Assembly: GCF_009834535.1 (NCBI RefSeq)
Contig: NC_045707.1
Coordinates: 50,842,001-50,906,000 of the forward strand
DNA length: 64,000 nucleotides
Origin: Camelus ferus
Lineage: Eukaryota
Reading direction: 5' to 3'
This document shows positions 38,855 through 49,392 of the stretch, piece by piece (the stretch's first letter is position 1; each line of letters starts with the position of its first letter). Both the position numbers and the translations under genes were made by a program. The notes under the pieces are model-generated. The model made no database searches, was not told where the DNA came from, and saw nothing but the letters and a program-made list of their open reading frames with translations.

Positions 38855-39406
38855 GAACTGAGTTGAAATAGCATTCCCCCATAATTCATAACCACTCAGA
38901 ATCTCAGCATATGACCTTATTTAAAAAGTTGGGGGAGGGTAATAGCTCAGTAGCAGAGTGTGTGCTTAGCATGCACGAGGTCCCCAGTAACTCCATTAAA
39001 AAATAAATACATAAACCTAATTACTCCCCCAATTTTTTTTTAATTTAAAAATAAAAACAGGGTCTTTGCAGGTATAATTTTAACGTGGGCCCTAAGTCCA
39101 ATGACTGGTATGCTTATAAGGAGGCCACGTGAAGACACAGAGACACACAGGGAATGGAGCCGTGATGACAGAGGTGGAGGCTGGAGTGAGCCATGTGTGA
39201 GCCAAGGAACGTCAGGGATTGCAGAGCCACCAGAAACGAGGAGAGAGTGTGGGACGGATTCTCCCTCAGAACCTCCAGAAGGAATCAACTCTGCTGACAC
39301 TTTGATTTCTGATTTCTAGCTCCAGCATGGTGACAGAATACATTTCTGGGTCTTAAGCCACCCAGTTTGTGGTAATTTATTACAGCAACCCTAGGAAAAT
39401 GATACA
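38855..39406 (+). mobile_element. MaLR solo LTR (MLT1B/C-like) containing a SINE
   Basis: 'gtgaagacacagagacacacaggg...ttaagccacccagtttgtggtaatttattacagcaaccctaggaaaatgataca'. Confidence 0.9.
38931..39055 (+). mobile_element. tRNA-derived camelid SINE (vic-1 type)
   Basis: GGGGGAGGGTAATAGCTCAGTAGCAGAGTGTGTGCTTAGCATGCACGAGGTCC head with A-box, then 'ccattaaaaaataaatacataaacctaattactccccc' tail. Confidence 0.85.
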
Positions 39407-39492
39407 GCAAAGAACTACAAGGCTAACCTTTCAGTCATTTTACTGCATTAATCTCAAGTCTTATACAAGTGCCTATCACATCACTAATCACT

Positions 39493-39831
39493 TTTTTTTT
39501 TAATTTAAAAAATATTTTTAATTGAAGGATAGTCAGTCTACAATGTGTATCCATTTCTGGTGTACTTCATAATGTTTCAGTCATAAATACATATATTTCT
39601 TTTCATATTCTTTTTCATTATAGATTACTATAAGATACTGAGTGTAGTTCCCTGTGCTATACAGTAGAAACTTGTGGTTTATCTATCTTATACACAGTAG
39701 TTAATATCTGAAAAATCTCAAACTCCCAATTTATCCCTTCCCACCCCCTTTCCCCACCTGGTAACCATAAGTTTTTTTTTTTTTTTTAAATGTCTGTGAG
39801 TCTGTTTCTGTTTTGTAAATAAGCTCATTTG
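39493..39831 (-). mobile_element. 5'-truncated L1 3' end
   Basis: T-tail, 'gttccctgtgctatacagtag', TSD ACTAATCACT at 39483-39492 and 39832-39841. Confidence 0.93.
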
Positions 39832-40574
39832 ACTAATCACTGTTTATGGGAATTATCTGCAATTAAGGGTAGAGAATGTTCATTTTCCACCTCCTGGCCT
39901 AGCATAATGCTGGACATATATCACATATAAAAATAAAGGATTATCCATTCCTTTAAACAGACAAATCCTTCCTTCCTGTTTCTCCCATGCCTTACACATA
40001 CCAGGTAAATGTCTTGGTTAATATCAGCAACAATGAAGAAAATAGTAAGGATGATTATGTTGCTACATACATTTCTACAGTTTATGAGTTTATTATTCTA
40101 AAGTTAATCCCTCATTCTGGTTGTGAATGGTCTTTTATGTGGATTTTCACTTTGTTTTTTATATCACGACTTGTTATAGGCAGGACTAATGCAATTACTT
40201 CATAACAATGCAATAAAGTAAACTAAGAAAGTAATTGCATGTGAAAATGGGACCAAGCGCAGAATGAAAGAAAAGTTAACATGAAGGTATGAATGAGGTT
40301 TGAACAAAAAACACAGAGAATAGATTCTTGACCTTGTTAGAGAAAGGCCACACATTGCAACGCTAAACATTGGAACAGAAACGCTAGAATAAGAAGATAT
40401 ACTCAGTGTCCTCAAGTTAAAACGTACCAGTTGCTCAGGAGGCCTTTCCTAAACTATTCCTCGCTGAAGACTGGGAAGGAGATTTCTCCCAGGCTTCTAA
40501 ATAAAGAAGGGAATTTCATGCTTTGGATCTTAAGCTTTGCTGCCTTCTTGGGAAATAGGATCCTGTCATCTCAA

Positions 40575-40755
40575 GAACCCACATTTCAGAGTCATACTGA
40601 ACTGGGTTCAAATCTTGGCTCCACCACTTACCAAATGGATGACCTTGAGATGTTCTTGATTTTGTTACATTTTTGTTAACTGGGATCATGAAAGTTACCT
40701 CCTGCAATTTTTATGAGGCTTAAAAGAAGTAGGATGTAAAACACTTGGCAGGGAG
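40575..40755 (+). mobile_element. MIR SINE
   Basis: 'ctgggttcaaatcttggctccaccacttacc'. Confidence 0.85.
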
Positions 40756-41734
40756 GAGATACTCCTTGTTAGTTCCCTTCTCCTAATAATAATTACCTTT
40801 TAATACGGACCTTTAAGCAATCCTTTATTTGCAAACTGCTTATTGCCCCTTCCTGCTCCAGATCTAAATTAATGTTCATTTTCAGCAACTCACAAGCTAT
40901 TGAGTTGTCATTCTATAATTACAGAGTCACACACACATACTGCTTTATATTTAGCAGTGTGACACATATACATATTTAACTTATGTATATTTTATTTAAA
41001 ACATTTAAAAACAGAAAAAGACTTAAAACAGCAATTTTCAAAAGTGTGAGGGATTATGCTCACTATTCCACTCAATAAACACAGGTCTCAGATTGAATTT
41101 GAGACGGGAGACTGAACACTGCTGTTTAAGCCTCAAAATCTTCCTTGATTTCTATCTGTCCCAGTCTGTGTCTCACAATGTGTGTGATTCGTGTGTGTAA
41201 AGACAGCCATTTGTCAACAATCATGGCCCCTAAATCAAAGTTAACTTTTCTTCTAGTGCTAATCTGAGAGCTCCTTCTACCTTTGGAGGAAAAAATTGGA
41301 CTTCTGGTGAGACAGCTGTTTGCTAGTAGACTATGAACTGAAATGTTGACTCTTTGTGATCACATGTACAAACTAGAAGCATATTTTAAAACTTAGGTTG
41401 TAAATAAGGTAGAACTTCACTTATAACCTATTGTAGCAGGTGGAAAATCAGTGCTTGAAAAATATTTGTTGAGAGAGAAAGGAAGAGAGAGGCAACGAGA
41501 GAGAGGAGATAGGCCTAGCACTTTAATGGGCTTTCTGGTTACATAAAACCAAACATTCATATCTGTTCATAACACCGGAATTCTTCAGCTCTGGTCTTCT
41601 CTTCCTAGCTGGGATGTCAGATTCTCCTGGGAATTCCTCTAGATTCCTGTCTCTTCTCTTCTGAGCAGGAATCAAGACAATTCACTACATGTTCTTGTTG
41701 GACTACCTCAGCCTCAGATGGATAGAGATGAAGG

Positions 41735-41885
41735 AACTGTAGGCTGGAGTCAGGAGGTCTGAGATCAAGTTCCACCCTCCTAACAGCTGCGCTGCCTCTG
41801 ACAACAGGCCTAATCTTCTCTCCCTGGGCCTCAGTCCTTTCGTACCTGCAAAGAGGGAGCAGAACTAGATGATCTCTCCAAGGTC
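41735..41885 (+). mobile_element. MIR SINE
   Basis: 'ggctggagtcaggagg...ctctccctgggcctcagt...aactagatgatctct'. Confidence 0.8.
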
Positions 41886-42273
41886 AGGTTGATAAATAGT
41901 TATTGGATTTACATTCCCCTTATTTTGGGTCTTGCCCAGATCATGAAGATAGAAATACCGTCTCCTTCATTCCTTAAGGATTTCAGGAGGGATTTCATTT
42001 CTTGCACACACTTGAAATTTTTTCTTTCTTCCCAACAGTGAGAGTTTTTTTTTTAAACTTGTAAAATTAATTTAATAGTTTTTAGACCTTTTTCAATAAA
42101 AAAGGATTCTGTGTGTTCCTATTTTATATTCATATCTGAAAATATGCTAATAATATACCAAAAAACCTGTCTGTATAGCTCATAATTGCCTAAATGTTAA
42201 ACAAATTAGAACCATATTTGACTAGTGTATCTTAGGTTGATTTTTTTGAGAAGGATCTTGTGATATATTGACA

Positions 42274-44665
42274 CAGGAATACCTCGGAGATACTGGTTTT
42301 GGTCCCAAACCACCACAATAAAACAAATACATCACCATAAAGTGAATTACATGAATTTTTCAGTGTCCCAGTGCAGATAAAAGTTATGTTTACACTATAC
42401 TGTAGTGTATTAGTGTGTAATAGCATTATGTCTAAAGAAACAATGTGTATATGTTAATTAAAAATACTTTATTGCTAAAAAATCCTAACTGAGCCTTGAG
42501 TGAGGTGTCGATGTTGATGGCTGCTGACTGATCAGGGTGGTTTTTGCTGAAGGTTGGGATGACAGTGGCAATTTCTTAAAATAAGACAACAATAAAGTTT
42601 GCTGCATTGATTGACTCTTCCTTTATGAATGATTTCTCTGTAGCCTGCAATTCTGTTTGATAGCATTTTACCCACAGTTGAACTTTCAAAATTGGAGTCA
42701 ATTCTCTTAAACCCTGCTGCTGCCTTATCACCTAAGTTTATGTCACATTCTAAATCCTTTGCTGTCATTTCTACAGTCTTCACAGCATCTTCACTAGGAG
42801 TAGATTCCATCTCAAGGAACTACTTTCATTGTTCATCAGTAAGAAGCAACTCGAATCCATTCAAGTTTTATCATGAATTATTGCAGCAAGTCAGTCACAC
42901 CTTCAGGCTCCAATTTCTAATTCTTGTTCTCTTGCTATTTCCACCACATCTGCAGTTCCTTCCTCCACTGAAGTCTTGAACCCCTCAAAGTCATCCATGA
43001 GAGTTGAAATCAACTTCTTCCAAACTCCTGTTAGTGTTGATGTTTTGACCTCTTCCCATGAATCACAAATACTCACATAATGTTTTCTGTAATATTCACA
43101 AATAATGACATTTAGACTGGTGAATCCTTTCCAGAAGGTTTTTCAAACTACTTTGTTCAGATCCACCAGAAGAATCAAGATCTATGGCAGCTACAGCCTT
43201 ATAAAATGTATTTTTTCAGTAAGACTTGAAATCAAAATTCTTCCCTGATTGATGGGCTGCAGAAGGATGTTGTGTTAGTCATGAAAACAACATTAATCTC
43301 TTTGTACATCTCCCTCAGAGCTCCTGACTAACTCAGAACATTGCCATTGAGCAATAATATTTTGAAAGAAATATTTCTTTTTCTGAGAGCTCTAAACAGT
43401 GGGTTTAAAATATTCAGTAAACCACGTTGTAAACAGATGTGCTGTCATGAGGCTTTGTCTTTCCATTTATAAAGCACATGCAGATTTGATTTAGCGTAAT
43501 TCTTGAGGGCCCAACGATTTGAGGAGTGACAAATGAGCATTGGCTTCAAGTCACCAGCTGCATTAGCCCCTAACGAGAGTCAGCCTGTCCTCTGAAGCTT
43601 TGAAGCCAGGCATTGACTTCTCTCTAGCTCTGAAACTCCTAGATGGCACTTTCTTCCAATAGAAGGCTATTTTGTCTGCACTGAAAATCTGTTGTTTAAT
43701 GTCGCCACCATCATTAATTATCTTAGCGAGATCTTCTGGAGAACTTGCTCCAGTTTCTGCATCAGCATTGCTGCTTCATCTTGCACTTTTATGCTGTGGA
43801 GACGGCGTTTCTCTCCTGAAATCTCATGAACCAAACTTGCTAGTTTCAAACTTTTCTGCAGCTTCCTCCCCTCTCTCAGCCTCCATGGAAGTGAAAAGAG
43901 TTAGGACCTTACTTGGGCATAGGCTTTTGGCTGGTTTGATCTTCTATCCAGACCACTACAGCTTTCTCCTTGTCAGCAATAAGTTTGTTTCATTTTCTTA
44001 TTCCTTATGTGTTCACTGGACTAGTACTTGAATTTTCTTCAAGAACTTCTCCTTTACATTCACAATTTGGCTAACTGTTTGGCACAAGAGGCCTAGCTAT
44101 TGGCCTATTTCGGCTTTCAGCATCCCTTCTTCACTAACCTTAACTATTTCTAGCTTTTGATGTGCAATTCTTCCTTTAACATTTTTGAACACTTAAGAGG
44201 CCACTGTAGGGTTGTTAACTGGTCTAAGTCCAATATTGTTGTGCCATAGGGAATAGGGAGGCCCAAGGATGGGAACAGAAATGGGGGAACAGCCAGTTGG
44301 TGGAGCAGTCAGAACACACACAACATTTATCAATTAAGTTTGCACTTTTATATGGGCATGGCTCAGGGCGACCCCAAAGAGTTACAATAGTAACATTAGG
44401 GTTCACAGATCACCATGACAAATATAATAATATTGACACAGGAATACCTCGGAGATACTGGTTTTGGTTCCAAAAGTTAGAAATGTTTTGTGAATTATCA
44501 AAATGTGACAGAGACATGAAGTGAGCAAACATTGTTGGAAAAATGATGCTGATAGACTTGCTCAATTTGTAATAAACACAATAAAACCTTTAATCTGTGA
44601 TAAAAACAATACCTAGGAAGTGTACTTATAAAAAAAGTGTACTATGATAAAATGAGGTATGTCTG
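42274..44665 (-). mobile_element. Near full-length Tigger1 (TcMar-pogo) DNA transposon with decayed transposase
   Basis: TIRs CAGGAATACCTC / GAGGTATGTCTG, flanked CA / TA; 2392 bp; ORF 42532-42810 (-) '[21 protein letters not shown]...[14 protein letters not shown]' is the Tigger1/TIGD1-type transposase C-terminus; frames broken. Confidence 0.95.
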
Positions 44666-44724
44666 TATATTACATTTTTAAAGGGTGGAATTTCATCTCT
44701 GAAGACTGACAAAGGGTCATGGCT

Positions 44725-45300
44725 AATTATGATAGACACCATCCATTGCCTACACACTTACATTCCCTCCTCTCTCCTTTCTTGCTAGTAGAACCCCTGG
44801 TAAGTGCAGCTACCATGCCAAAGATGGTCCTACTGGAAAACTTGATCCTTGTTCCAGTTTTGGACAATGAACTATAAATGGTCTGAATTAAGCACAGTAA
44901 TGCCACTCCTTTTCCTCCATCCCCTGCCCTGTAGTGATTTATGTCTGGGCATTATGTGGCCCAGTTCTGACCAAGGGGATGTAAAGAAGGTGTGATAGAT
45001 AGAAGCTTCCGGGAAATTTTGCTCTCTTAATTAAACAAATTAAAGGACAGACTCAGTTGGTGGGCTCTTCAATCTATTTGTGTCCCTCCTTTCATGCCTA
45101 TAGAGTAGATATCAAACCTCTGTGTACTGTGAATATCTTGTGACTATGAGGCAATAAAGAATGGAAGCTGACCTTCCCAGGATGGTCACCAGCCTGGGGC
45201 TGCCTAATGCCGGACTTCTTGTTATGTGAGACAAATAAATCTCTCTTTGTTTTATCCACTCTAGCTTTACTTGTAGCTGAATGCACTCCTATATGATACA
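44725..45300 (+). mobile_element. Old ERVL/MaLR LTR (LTR33/MLT1-like)
   Basis: Ends 'gacaaataaatctctctttg...acttgtagctgaatgcactcctatatgataca'. Confidence 0.6.
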
Positions 45301-45624
45301 GCTACCAATATGAACAGAGATACTTACATAACATGATAACAAGGATGGATTTCTGAGAATCTCCAGATTTTTGAATGGTTAGATTAAGACATTTAAATGT
45401 CAAGACCCCACAAATTCGATGCTTAAAAGCACAGCATAATTAATTGCATCTAAAAGAAGAAAGCAAGAATGTATGGTTTTGGTAAACTAGGGTAGGAAGG
45501 ACAGGTCTTAGTGGCCTACTAAGTTCAGAAATTTTTAATCAGGCTGAAAGCACATCTTCAGTTATTGGGCAAAAGTAAATGTTAGTCATTTTAATGATGT
45601 TGATGATGTTAAAATGATAATATT

Positions 45625-45850
45625 CACTTTTATTAACTGTTTACTAAATGGTAAATATTTTGCTAAGCTCTTTATAATCATTATCTTAATTAATCCTCAC
45701 AAGTCCATGAAGTACTACTTTTCCCATTTTGTAGACAAAGGTACTGAGGTTGGAATAGGTAAAGCAACCTGCCCAAATTCACACAGAGAGTTGTGGTGGA
45801 GCTCAAACCCAGACAATCTCACTCTAATCTGTCCTATTTACCACTAAACT
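45625..45850 (-). mobile_element. MIR SINE
   Basis: 'taatcctcacaag...cccattttgtagacaaaggtactgagg'. Confidence 0.85.
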
Positions 45851-46017
45851 AGTTCAACAGAGTTTATTCCTCTAGTTTAGTTCTAATTATTCTAATTGTG
45901 ACACAGTCTCGACTTCTAAAAAAAAATGTAAGTACAATACAAAGAAGTTTTTTCCTAAACATTTGAGAATAACTTGCCAACATGATGCCCTGCTCACCCC
46001 TCAGATACTTCAGTGTA

Positions 46018-46515
46018 TGTAGTGGCTGGAATGCTGAGCCCACTCTGGCCCTGCCAAAAGAAAGATTTGTCCAATTCCTAACCACTGGTACCTGTGAATG
46101 TAGCCTTACTGAGAAATAGGGAATTTGCACATGCAATTAAGTGAAGAATCTCGAGATGAGATCATTCTGGATTTAGGGTGAGGCCTAAATCCAATGACTA
46201 TCATCATTATAAGAGAAAGGAGTGGGAGATTTGAGATCTCAGATACAAAGGAGAGACACAGGGGAAACAAGTGAAGACAGAGGTAGAGACTGGAGTGATG
46301 TATCTCTAAGCCAAGGAATGCCAAGTCCTGTGGAAGTCACAAGAAGCTAAGAAAGAGGCATGGAACAGATCCTCCCTCAGAACCTCCAGAAGAGACCAAC
46401 CCTGCTGACATTCTGGTTTCAGACTTGTGGCCTCCAAAACTGTGAAAGAATCAATGTATGTAAAGCCACCCACTTTGTGATAATTTAATTCAGCAACTCT
46501 AGGAATCTGGATACA
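46018..46515 (+). mobile_element. MaLR solo LTR (MLT1C-like)
   Basis: TGTAGTGG...ATACA termini, TSD GTGTA/GTGTG. Confidence 0.9.
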
Positions 46516-47237
46516 GTGTGTAATTTCTCCAAACAAGTACACTCTCCTAGAAAAACCACAATATAACCACTAAAATCAGGGAATTAATATAGATCCACCA
46601 CTACTGTCTAATCCATTCAGTTTCACCAATTGTCCTAACCATATCCTTAATAATCCTTAATAATCCAATTTGGAATCACATTTTGCATTTGTGCCTTGTC
46701 TCTTTAGATTCCTAAAACTGCAGTAGCCTTTCCTTGGCTTTTCTGACCTTGACAATTTTGAAAAGTATAGATTACAGGTATTTTTGCAGAATGACTCTAA
46801 ATTTGAGTTTCTTCAATGTTTTCTTATGATTAGATTCAGGTAACGTGTCTTCGGCAGGAACTCTGGAGAAGAGATGTGTTCTTCTCATTGCATTGTATCA
46901 GGTGATGAACAGTTCATGTTGTCCCATTACTGATTATGTTCCCTGATCACTTGGGGCAGCGGCTGTCAGTATTCTCCACTGTAGAATTATTAGTTTTTCC
47001 TTTGTCATTAATAATTACTCTATTGAGAGTTACTTTGAGACTGCTTATACCATATACCCCATCAAAAAATATGGACTCATATTTTTGCTATTTTATTGAA
47101 GATTCATAATGTTACTATTATTTTAAATTATCCCCCCTTTGGCCAGTATGAGACCTTTCACATTGACTTTCTCTCCTTTTAACATATCCACATCATTCTG
47201 TAGGCACCTTCTTTCTGGCACAAAAAGATGTCTTAGA

Positions 47238-47370
47238 GCATATATCCAGAGATAACTCTAATTTGAAAAGATACATGCACCCTGATATTCACAGCAGCAC
47301 TATTTACAATAGCCAAGACAAGGAAACAATCTACATGTCTATCAACATATGAATGGATAAAGAAAATGTG

Positions 47371-47423
<53 letters not shown>

Positions 47424-47912
47424 TACATACATACATACAATGGAACACCACTCAGCCATGAAAAAAGAATGAAATAATGTAATTTGCAGCAGCATGGATG
47501 GGCCTAGAGAGTATCATACTAAGTGAAGTAAGTCTAACAGAGAAAGACAAATATCATATGATATCATTTATATGTGGAATCTAAAAAAATGATGCAAATT
47601 TATTTATAAAACAGAAAGAGACTCAGACATAGAAAACAAACTTATGGTTATGGAAAGAGGATGGGGAGGGAGGGATAAATTGGGAATTGGGATCAGCTGA
47701 TACAAACTACTATGTACATAATAGATAAACAACAAGGTCCTACTGTATAGCACAGGAAATTATATTCAATGACTTGTAATAACCTATAGCAAATCAATGT
47801 GAAATATAAATATAAATATGTATATGTACTGAATCACTATGCTGTACACCAGAAACTGAGACATTTTAAACCAATTTTAAATCAACTATACTTTGATAAA
47901 AAAACTTTTTTT
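47238..47912 (+). mobile_element. 5'-truncated L1 3' end with internal (TG)n(TA)n(CA)n microsatellite at 47371-47438
   Basis: 'cacagcagcactatttacaatagccaagac', 'aacaaggtcctactgtatagcacagg'; degenerate TSD AAAAGATGTCTTAGA / AAAAGATATCCCAGA. Confidence 0.93.
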
Positions 47913-48902
47913 AAAAGATATCCCAGAATCACTTTGCTCTTTCCCCTGTCCCAGCCTTGGGACCAGTCATTTACTGGAGGATGGTATTTAAAACCCAAGA
48001 TCTGACTGCTAGGTGTTCTTGAGCCTACTGACATATAGTTGCCTCTCACCTTCCCAACACTCACATACTCGCTTACATTAATATTTATATATTTTTTATC
48101 TACATAGATTAAAAACTATGGGTTCATAATTCCAACTAAATAAGACAGAGCTCCCTCTAGTTTATTTCCTTTTCCATCCTTAGAATTCTCTTATCTGAAG
48201 GTGAGAAATTGGCTCCCATTATCTTCATACTTTTACTGACTTACTCAATCCCAGGGTAGGTAACAAATCTCTCATTGCTTCTGCCACCTTCTTCCCTACA
48301 TGGATACACTTCACCCCTTTTGGGCTCTGATTCACTGAACCAGACCTCTCCCCATACAGACACCCTGCTCATCTGCCTGGTTCTGACACCCCTCATCAGG
48401 GAAGCTTCCTCACCCTGCCCTCCTTACCTTGTGAGGCTTAGATGCTCTCGTACAAGGACACCTCCTTACTCTACTAGGGTCCTGACAACCCAGGTCAGCC
48501 TGCCCCTGACCTCCATACTCTGAACTGGCTCTGACGCCCAATGCTAGGTCCGCCTCCATGGGTGGACACCCTCTTTACCCTACCCAAGCTGACACACCTA
48601 TAATGAGGTGTCCTACCATGTGGATGCCATCCTTCTCCCACCAGGGCTCTGACACTGGCACCAGTTTTGACACTCACATTGAGGCTGTGGCATTCCATGC
48701 TCAGAATGTGGACACCTCCTCAGATTACTCATGCTCTGGGCTGCCCTCCTGTGTGATGCTCTCCTCATCCTACTTGGGCTCTGACACCTTGTATCTGGCT
48801 GCCCCCCTCAGGGGAAACTCTCCTTACCTGCTTGCACTCTGGGATATTGGGCCATCACAGCATCCCTGACTCTCTAGCACAGACATCTATCTTCATCAAT
48901 CT

Positions 48903-49392
48903 CACTTTGTAGATGCAGTCAAGACTGTGGACCTTGAGATGGAGAGATTATCCTTGATTCTCTGGATGGGCCCAATCAAATTACTTGAGTCCTTAAAGGC
49001 AGAGAACCTTTCCTGGCTGCAGTCAGAGAGATGAGACAATAGAAGATACCAGAGAGATTTGAGCATGAGAAGAGCTTGCCCTGCCATTTCTGACTTGGAA
49101 GATGAAGGAAGAGGGCCATCAGCCAAGAGAAGACCCATCCTCTGGAAGCTGGTAATGGCTCTCAGCTAAGAGACAATAAGAAGGCGAGTACTTCAGTCTT
49201 ATAACAGGAAATGAATTCACCTAACACACCTCCGTAAGTGAACACAGCTCTGCCAACACTTTGATTTTAGATTTGTGAAGTTGGAGCAGAGGAATCACAT
49301 GAGCCCATCAGACTTCTGACCTATCATGAGATAATAAATTTATATTGCTTAATTAAGCCATTAAATTTGTTACAAGCAGCATTAGGACACAC
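48903..49392 (+). mobile_element. MaLR LTR (MLT1D/E-like)
   Basis: 'gaccttgagatggagagattatccttgatt...gggcccaatc', 'gagataataaattt...ttaagccattaaatttg'. Confidence 0.85.

Larger units (their letters stand above)
45930..48900 (-). mobile_element. Old L1MC4-like 3' region hosting nested insertions
   Basis: Antisense L1MC-like phrases resume after each insertion ('ctttctggcacaaaaagat|atcccagaatcactttg'); C-rich repeat tract at 48300-48880. Confidence 0.65.

Noticed and set aside
38931..38995. tRNA gene
   Set aside because: SINE head lacking the B-box/T-arm and followed by a SINE tail
42532..42810. Functional TIGD1-like gene
   Set aside because: Only a short C-terminal fragment is open; the rest of the transposase is disrupted
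48300..48880. CRISPR-like repeat-spacer array
   Set aside because: Mammalian context; repeats are degenerate with irregular spacing and the intervening sequences resemble each other
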